Shown piece after piece: positions 58,461-64,000 of a stretch of DNA of 64,000 nt. The notes under the pieces are model-generated. The model did not search any database and was not told the DNA's origin. It saw nothing but the letters and a program-made list of their open reading frames with translations. The number at the start of each line of letters is the position of its first letter. The first letter of the stretch is position 1. The stretch is from an uncultured Ignavibacteria bacterium (lineage in GTDB: Bacteria; Zixibacteria; MSB-5A5; CAIYYT01), in NCBI GenBank assembly GCA_964617645.1, contig CAZTYE010000002.1, positions 374,648 to 438,647 of the forward strand, written 5' to 3'. Made by a program: the position numbers and the translations under genes.

Positions 58461-59120
58461 ATGGCAATCACCTGGCGGAAACTCTGGCGCTTCGCCTGTG
58501 ACAAATCTTGGCGCGCCTGCCTGCGCGTCGTCTATATCTTCAGCCCGGCGCAGTATTGGAACCTGCGCGGGCGCGAAATCCATGCGACATGGTTCGACGA
58601 TCATGCCGACTATCGAATCATGAAATCGACTATCGAACACGTCGGCGCCCGATCTTGCCTCGAGATCGGTTGTAACGGCGGACGCTTCTCTCGCTTCCTG
58701 ATCAGGGATCTCGATCACTTGGAGTGTCAGGACATTTCACAGCGTGCGCTCAAGCTCTGTGCCGCCAACTTGCCGCCGGAGTTCACAGCCCGCGCGACTC
58801 TTCGGCGCGGCGGCCTGATCGAACTCTACGGCCGGCAGACCCATCCGCAGTACGACCTCGTAATCAGTAATCGCGTCCTGTCGGCCATTCCGCCCAAGGC
58901 TATCGCCGCCAATCTTGCGGCGCTGGCCAATGTAAGTCGCGCCCTGCTGATCAACGAGATCTTGCCCGGTGAGCCGGGCGCAACCTATTACTGGTTTGCG
59001 CACGACTATGACGCCCTGCTTGCGCCCCTCAATTTTCGTATGACTGACGAGATCGTCTCCAATTCCGCGCCCTTTATCCAGCGATTTCGACTTTACGAAC
59101 GCTTTGGAAAGTCGCTGTGA
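58461..59120 (+). CDS. Class I SAM-dependent methyltransferase
   Basis: LEIGCNGG, DIS and YDLVIS motifs; start uncertain (58413 or 58461). Confidence 0.85.
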   Translation: MAITWRKLWRFACDKSWRACLRVVYIFSPAQYWNLRGREIHATWFDDHADYRIMKSTIEHVGARSCLEIGCNGGRFSRFLIRDLDHLECQDISQRALKLCAANLPPEFTARATLRRGGLIELYGRQTHPQYDLVISNRVLSAIPPKAIAANLAALANVSRALLINEILPGEPGATYYWFAHDYDALLAPLNFRMTDEIVSNSAPFIQRFRLYERFGKSL

Positions 59121-60394
59121 GCATCCTGCCGGAAATTCGCGGCTGGATTCGTGACGCCGCCACCAAGGGATTTTTCCATCTCTATGCCGCCAATTTGCTG
59201 GTGAATTTCATCGCCTTTGGCGCGCAATTGTTGGTGGTCAGATTCCTCAGCCCGGAAGAAATCGGCCACCTCAAGACGATTCAGTCCTTCATCGGTCTGG
59301 CCGCAATCGTGGCGGGATGCGGAATCAACACGGCGATTCTCAAACTTTGCGCCGAACCGCGTCCTGAATCGGAGAAGGCCGGTCTGCTGCGCTACTCTTT
59401 GCTGACGTCAATTGTTCCTGTAACCGCGACCCTGGTGATTCTCGTTGCCGCCTCAGGCTACGGTTGGTTTTCACCGATTGCCGCTGTCAACCGGTGGTTG
59501 CCGTACTATGCGCTTGTCATCCCCGGAACGATCGCGACCGCGATTGTGACCGCCTATCTGCAGGCCCACCGCGAAATCAAATTGATGGCCGCTATTCAGA
59601 GTTTGAGTCGCCTGGCCGTCGCTCTGGCGTTGGTTGCTCTCACCGCGAAATTCCTGGTTCCCGGCTATATCGCTGCCGTCATCGGCGTCACCACTCTGGC
59701 GGCGCTGCCGTTGCTTTGGCTGGTACGCCGCCAACTTCTCGATTCGCGCCGCGTCGAGATCCCCAAAGAGCCGCTGACTTCGCTGGCATTGTACAGTCTG
59801 GCCGCAAACCTGACCGGAGCCTTGATCGGCTATCTTGATATCCTGTTGCTTAACTACCTCGCCGCCGACCGCGTCAGCCTTGGATACTATTCCATTGCGA
59901 CGATTTTCATCCTCGGCCTCAGCCAGATCACTTCGACGATCCAGACGATTGCAACACCGTATTTCTCGCAATACTCATCTGACGCTGAAAATTTTCGGCG
60001 CGTTTTCTGGCGCTATCAAAGCCGCCTGATAATCTTGTCAGTCGTCGTCGCCGTGACCGCAATACTTCTCGTGCCGCCGTTGATCGTTTGGCTGTACGGC
60101 GAGTCTTACGCTCCGGCCGGCGACTACTTCCGCATTCTCGCCCTGCGCTACCTCATCTGGAGCAGCTACGCTCTGATTGGTGTTGCCTTGTTGGGTTTGG
60201 GTCTGGTGCGCTACAGTCTTTATGCAGTGCTCGTGTCGTTGGTCGCCACGGCGACCGCATCATGGATATTGATTAATGATTACCAGTTCACCGGCGCCGC
60301 CTGGGCGCAAGTTATCGGCGCGACGGTAACTCTGGTTACCGTCGCCTTTCTGATGCGCAAAGCCTTGAGAAAGCGCTTCACCGAGTCGCGCTAA
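59117..60394 (+). CDS. Wzx-like oligosaccharide flippase (MOP superfamily)
   Basis: About 12 TMs; RFLSPEEIG, LGYYSIA, LYGESY and GAAWA motifs. Confidence 0.88.
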   Translation: MSILPEIRGWIRDAATKGFFHLYAANLLVNFIAFGAQLLVVRFLSPEEIGHLKTIQSFIGLAAIVAGCGINTAILKLCAEPRPESEKAGLLRYSLLTSIVPVTATLVILVAASGYGWFSPIAAVNRWLPYYALVIPGTIATAIVTAYLQAHREIKLMAAIQSLSRLAVALALVALTAKFLVPGYIAAVIGVTTLAALPLLWLVRRQLLDSRRVEIPKEPLTSLALYSLAANLTGALIGYLDILLLNYLAADRVSLGYYSIATIFILGLSQITSTIQTIATPYFSQYSSDAENFRRVFWRYQSRLIILSVVVAVTAILLVPPLIVWLYGESYAPAGDYFRILALRYLIWSSYALIGVALLGLGLVRYSLYAVLVSLVATATASWILINDYQFTGAAWAQVIGATVTLVTVAFLMRKALRKRFTESR

Positions 60395-60759
60395 CGCGCA
60401 TTGGCGTCGGATTGCATGATCCCATGCACGTTTCCCTCGGTGTCCTTGAAGTACGCGAGCCACCCAACCCCGGGAATCGCCATCTTCGGCACGCAAATCA
60501 CTCCGCCGTGAACCTTGACCTTCTCGATGTACTCATCGATTGCCGGCACTTCGATCGTATTGTAGACCGCTCCGGCCGGGTCGAGCCGCTTCATCATGCC
60601 ACCGTCAATGCCGGGCGACTTCGGATCGCCGGTGGAGATCAGCCAGTATTCCTGCGGGCCATCCCACTTTTGGAAAGTCCAGCCGAAGACATCCCCGAAG
60701 AACTTGCTTGCCCGCTGCAAATCGTCTACGTGAATCTCGAAATGAATGACGCGATTCAT
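60391..60759 (-). CDS. VOC/glyoxalase-family protein
   Basis: VIHFEI...FGW; IPGVGWLAYFKDTEGN. Confidence 0.92.
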   Translation of the reverse strand: MNRVIHFEIHVDDLQRASKFFGDVFGWTFQKWDGPQEYWLISTGDPKSPGIDGGMMKRLDPAGAVYNTIEVPAIDEYIEKVKVHGGVICVPKMAIPGVGWLAYFKDTEGNVHGIMQSDANAR

Positions 60760-61069
60760 CGCCAATCCTCCTGTTGAATTATCCTGATTCTCGGTTTCGA
60801 TATCAAAGTAACGGTACGTGATTATGCGCGGCGGTCAATCACATCTTGGCACCGAGCAACCTGCTGTGTCATTCCACAGCGCGATCCTCATCTGTGCGAC
60901 TGCGCATCAATTATAGTCGCAGCGGTTTCATAATTCGACGAAAATGACCGCCGTATGGTTTGATGAATCGCACACTGCCACAGCGACGGAGTTCGTCAAT
61001 AGTTGCAGCGCCCATTGAACTCTTGCATTGTTCTTGCGTACAATTGCCAAACAAATTGCGAGGTTGGCC

Positions 61070-61966
61070 ATGATGAAAAGCCTTTGGATGATACTCGGTC
61101 TCGGCGTAGCTTGTGTGATGATGAGTCCACTCGAAGCCGCAAACCCTTCGGAAGCCGCCCTCTCCATGGTGAAGACCGAGCGCGCTTTCGCGCAGATGGC
61201 GCTGGATTCGGGCATGACACCGGCGTTTTTGCAGTACCTGCACGATGACGCCGTCGTCTTTCGTCCCGGACCAACCAATGGGAAGGCGTGGTACACAGAA
61301 AATCGCTCGGGCAGCAAGGCCGAGCTTCGCTGGCGACCGATTTTTGCCGAAATGTCAAGCTCCGGCGACTTGGGACTGAGCACCGGCCCGTGGGAATATC
61401 GATCACAGCCGGGCGACACCAATGTCTACTTCGGCCATTTCGTCTCGGTCTGGCGTCGGCTGGATGATGGTACGTTTCGCGTGATGATCGATCTTGGCAA
61501 TTCGCACGACAAAGCCGACCTGCCCTCGGACATTGCCTTCGGCAAACTCGCGACGGCCACGGTGAACAGCCCCGGCAGACCGCAGGCGCGCGAGTCGCTG
61601 GTGAATGAACTCATCGCTACCGAGACGCGCTTTTCCGCCAGCGCCGGCAAAGCGATGATCGGCAAAGCTTACGCCGTCTTTGCCGATGACGACATCAGGT
61701 TGTATCGTGATGGAGCACTGCCGTACCTTGGCAAGAAAGCGGCTGGCGCAGTTCTCATGCCGCTGCAAGAGCAAATGACTTCTGAGCCGATGGTCTTCGA
61801 CGTCTCAACCGCCGGCGATCTCGGATACTGTTATGGCTACCAAAAGAGTTGGTCGCCGGCGGATCCCGCTAAGACTTCACGCTCCAGCTATTTGCGCGTC
61901 TACCGCAAACTCCCCGGCGGCGAGTGGAAGATATTTCTCGACATCGTGCTGCCGATCGAAGAGTGA
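61070..61966 (+). CDS. Exported tandem NTF2-like (DUF4440/SnoaL) protein
   Basis: Signal peptide; two repeats of E..F...S..GDLG...G...VW/YR....G.W/F...D. Confidence 0.82.
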   Translation: MMKSLWMILGLGVACVMMSPLEAANPSEAALSMVKTERAFAQMALDSGMTPAFLQYLHDDAVVFRPGPTNGKAWYTENRSGSKAELRWRPIFAEMSSSGDLGLSTGPWEYRSQPGDTNVYFGHFVSVWRRLDDGTFRVMIDLGNSHDKADLPSDIAFGKLATATVNSPGRPQARESLVNELIATETRFSASAGKAMIGKAYAVFADDDIRLYRDGALPYLGKKAAGAVLMPLQEQMTSEPMVFDVSTAGDLGYCYGYQKSWSPADPAKTSRSSYLRVYRKLPGGEWKIFLDIVLPIEE

Positions 61967-62029
61967 GGTATTTGCTTTCTGCGGATGCAAATAGTCGAAT
62001 TTCAACGATTGAGCTCCGCCAATTCGATG

Positions 62030-62058
62030 TTGACTTTCCTGGAGCCGTCACGTAATAT
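62030..62058 (+). promoter_or_regulatory. Sigma70 promoter of the rpmH operon
   Basis: TTGACT-17 nt-TAATAT. Confidence 0.65.
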
Positions 62059-62090
62059 GTGCGGCTAAATTTCTGTGACTGAGGAGAACG

Positions 62091-62240
62091 ATGAAGCGAA
62101 CATATCAACCTTCGCGGCGGAAACGGAAAAACGATCATGGTTTCCGCGAGCGGATGTCAACCAAGAACGGCCGCAAAGTTCTGGCGCGTCGCCGCCGCAA
62201 AGGCCGTCACAAACTTACGGTTTCCGACGAGCGACATTAG
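62091..62240 (+). CDS. rpmH: 50S ribosomal protein L34
   Basis: Below the ORF-track cutoff. Hand translation [49 protein letters not shown]; GAGGAG RBS. Confidence 0.98.
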   Translation: MKRTYQPSRRKRKNDHGFRERMSTKNGRKVLARRRRKGRHKLTVSDERH

Positions 62241-62565
62241 TTTTGGCCGCAATTGCCGTTTGGCGGATGACGCGCTCATTCGCCGGACGTTGCGCTATGG
62301 CAGCAAACGCGAAAGCGATAATCTTCGCCTGCAGATCCTCCCGACACCGGAATCGGAGTGTCGCTGGTGTCTTCGTGTTCCCAAACAACTGGGCAACTCC
62401 GTGGCCCGCAACCGCCTGCGCCGCCTGATGCGCGAGTTCCTGCGCCATCATCGGCGGCTCTGGCCGCAGAATTCTGCCGCCGTTCTCACGGCTAAGCCGG
62501 GGGCAAAGTTAATTGCCCCGGACGAATTGGCGCATGAACTGGGGACATTGTTAAGCAATGAATAA
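62137..62565 (+). CDS. rnpA: Ribonuclease P protein component (start uncertain)
   Basis: RNR motif [15 protein letters not shown]; located between rpmH and yidD. Confidence 0.85.
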   Translation: MVSASGCQPRTAAKFWRVAAAKAVTNLRFPTSDISFGRNCRLADDALIRRTLRYGSKRESDNLRLQILPTPESECRWCLRVPKQLGNSVARNRLRRLMREFLRHHRRLWPQNSAAVLTAKPGAKLIAPDELAHELGTLLSNE

Positions 62566-62779
62566 CTTGATGGGGAAGGCGTGCGAGGTAATCGTACGAG
62601 GATATCAGCTTCTCATCTCGCCGCTACTGCCTAAGGTGTGTCGCTTCTATCCTTCGTGCTCACAGTATAGCCGTGAAGCTCTCGTGAAATATGGATTTTT
62701 CAAAGGCTCGGGGATGGCGATTCGCCGAATCGGCAAGTGTCATCCACTTCATCCGGGCGGGTATGATCCCGTGGAATAG
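62558..62779 (+). CDS. yidD: Membrane protein insertion efficiency factor
   Basis: [18 protein letters not shown] and [12 protein letters not shown] motifs. Confidence 0.96.
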   Translation: MNNLMGKACEVIVRGYQLLISPLLPKVCRFYPSCSQYSREALVKYGFFKGSGMAIRRIGKCHPLHPGGYDPVE

Positions 62780-62785
62780 GATTCT

Positions 62786-64000
62786 ATGTTCGACCGCAAC
62801 ACCGTTATCGCACTCATTCTGATCTTCGTCATTTTCCTTGGTTGGTCGTGGTACATGCAACTGACGGCCCCGCCACAGCCAGTTAATCAGACTGCGGCTG
62901 ACTCAATCCAAGTCAAACAAGACACGATCTCGAAGCCGGTGGTTCCTGTAGCAAGCACTCAGCAATCTGCCACAATGGCTGTTGACACTGGCGTTGTGGC
63001 AGTTGATACGATTCCGGTTCGTGAAATCTCGATCAAGACCAGGCGCTACAGAATGACCCTGACTAACCGGGGCGGCGGGATTTCCCGACTTGAATTCACG
63101 CAGTACAAGCACGGCAGCACCGGCATGGTTGAGATGGTTTCACCGGGTGGGGATGCGGTTCCGACCGTTATGTCCACAATCTCGGGATTCACCGACAAGG
63201 AGATTGTTTTCTCAAGCGACGATAGCGACTTCGAGCTTAGTGACAATGATGCGCCGCGCACAGTTTCTTTCAAGGCTACTATTGCCGGTCGGGGGGAGAT
63301 TACCAAGAGCTACACGTTTTATCCCGACAGGTACGATTTCGATCTTAAACTGACCATCAACGGCGCTCCGCAATTGGGGTTGGACAAAGAGTACGTGCTG
63401 GCTTGGATCCCCGGCATTCGCTCATCGGAAGCCAATCTTAACGACGACTATAGCAATTTCATGGGCGGCGCGCACATGGCCGACGAGATGTACAAGATCA
63501 ATGATTTCAGCGACGGCAAATTGAGTCAGGATCTGTCCGGTCAGGCCCGCTGGGTTGGCGCGCGCTCGAAGTACTTCATGTATGCTTTTATCCCCGGCGA
63601 TCATGAGAACAACGGCGGCTATTTCCGCGGCACCGAAAAGTCGCGCGTCGGACCTTCCGGCAACTACACACAGCGGGAAATCTCGACCGGCATCATCATG
63701 GCGTCGGGTGCGAATCAGTCGGTAAGTCATGGATTTAAGGTGTTCGTCGGACCGCTCGATTACAATTTGTTGAAGGGGTACAACGTCGGACTTCAGGATT
63801 TTATCTCCTGGGGCTGGAAGATCATTCATCCGTTCTCGATTGCGATCTACTGGGTCACGCACCAACTGGGGCGTCTGATACCGAATTACGGCATTGTGAT
63901 CATCATCATGGCGTTGCTGATCAAGGTGGTCACCTTCCCGCTGACGCGCAAGTCGCTAAAGTCGATGAACGCGATGCGGCGGCTGGCGCCGAAGATGGAC
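62786..64000 (+). CDS. yidC: Membrane protein insertase YidC (partial, runs off the right edge)
   Basis: Not in the ORF track. MFDRNTVIALILIF...; ends in frame with NYGIVIIIMALLIKVVTFPLTRKSLKSMNAMRRLAPKMD. Confidence 0.95.
   Translation, partial: MFDRNTVIALILIFVIFLGWSWYMQLTAPPQPVNQTAADSIQVKQDTISKPVVPVASTQQSATMAVDTGVVAVDTIPVREISIKTRRYRMTLTNRGGGISRLEFTQYKHGSTGMVEMVSPGGDAVPTVMSTISGFTDKEIVFSSDDSDFELSDNDAPRTVSFKATIAGRGEITKSYTFYPDRYDFDLKLTINGAPQLGLDKEYVLAWIPGIRSSEANLNDDYSNFMGGAHMADEMYKINDFSDGKLSQDLSGQARWVGARSKYFMYAFIPGDHENNGGYFRGTEKSRVGPSGNYTQREISTGIIMASGANQSVSHGFKVFVGPLDYNLLKGYNVGLQDFISWGWKIIHPFSIAIYWVTHQLGRLIPNYGIVIIIMALLIKVVTFPLTRKSLKSMNAMRRLAPKMD

Overview
A 64 kb GC-rich bacterial chromosome segment. 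The lineage is inferred to be FCB-superphylum, probably Zixibacteria-like, from a C-terminal dockerin of the CGDAD..G.VSIADAV.LINYIF type, a T9SS/FlgD-like C-terminal domain, a GWxTD protein and an Mtr-like cluster. Left to right: (1) a tightly packed operon made of two copies of an uncharacterised membrane module (FN3+DUF6754-type protein and three polytopic membrane proteins; the second copy is cut by the left edge); (2) an S8 protease and a TolB-like lipoprotein; (3) a long minus-strand catabolic run: aldehyde dehydrogenase, ArcE-like/COG2403 P-loop protein, arcC, CCA/HD nucleotidyltransferase, sucCD, korDABC, ndk, larA-like, mdh; (4) gcvT, comB, TPR, BatA/VWA, ABC-F and flavoprotein genes; (5) M1 aminopeptidase with dockerin, GWxTD protein, mscL, nadE, ridA, a small PD-(D/E)XK nuclease and a YfbK-like VWA protein; (6) ffs (SRP RNA), dnaX, ybaB; (7) a four-gene porin-cytochrome extracellular electron transfer cluster with Rex/CRP-like boxes; (8) a small glycan cluster and rpmH-rnpA-yidD-yidC. 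Signals the ORF track misses: a candidate membrane selenoprotein (in-frame UGA followed by an fdhF-geometry SECIS), an A9 slippage run in dnaX, a 130-137 bp MITE present four times and always inserted in a hairpin loop with a 4-bp target duplication, and an 11-unit 32-bp tandem array. No tRNA, rRNA, CRISPR array or transposase was seen. All family assignments come from motif recognition by eye; no database searches were run.
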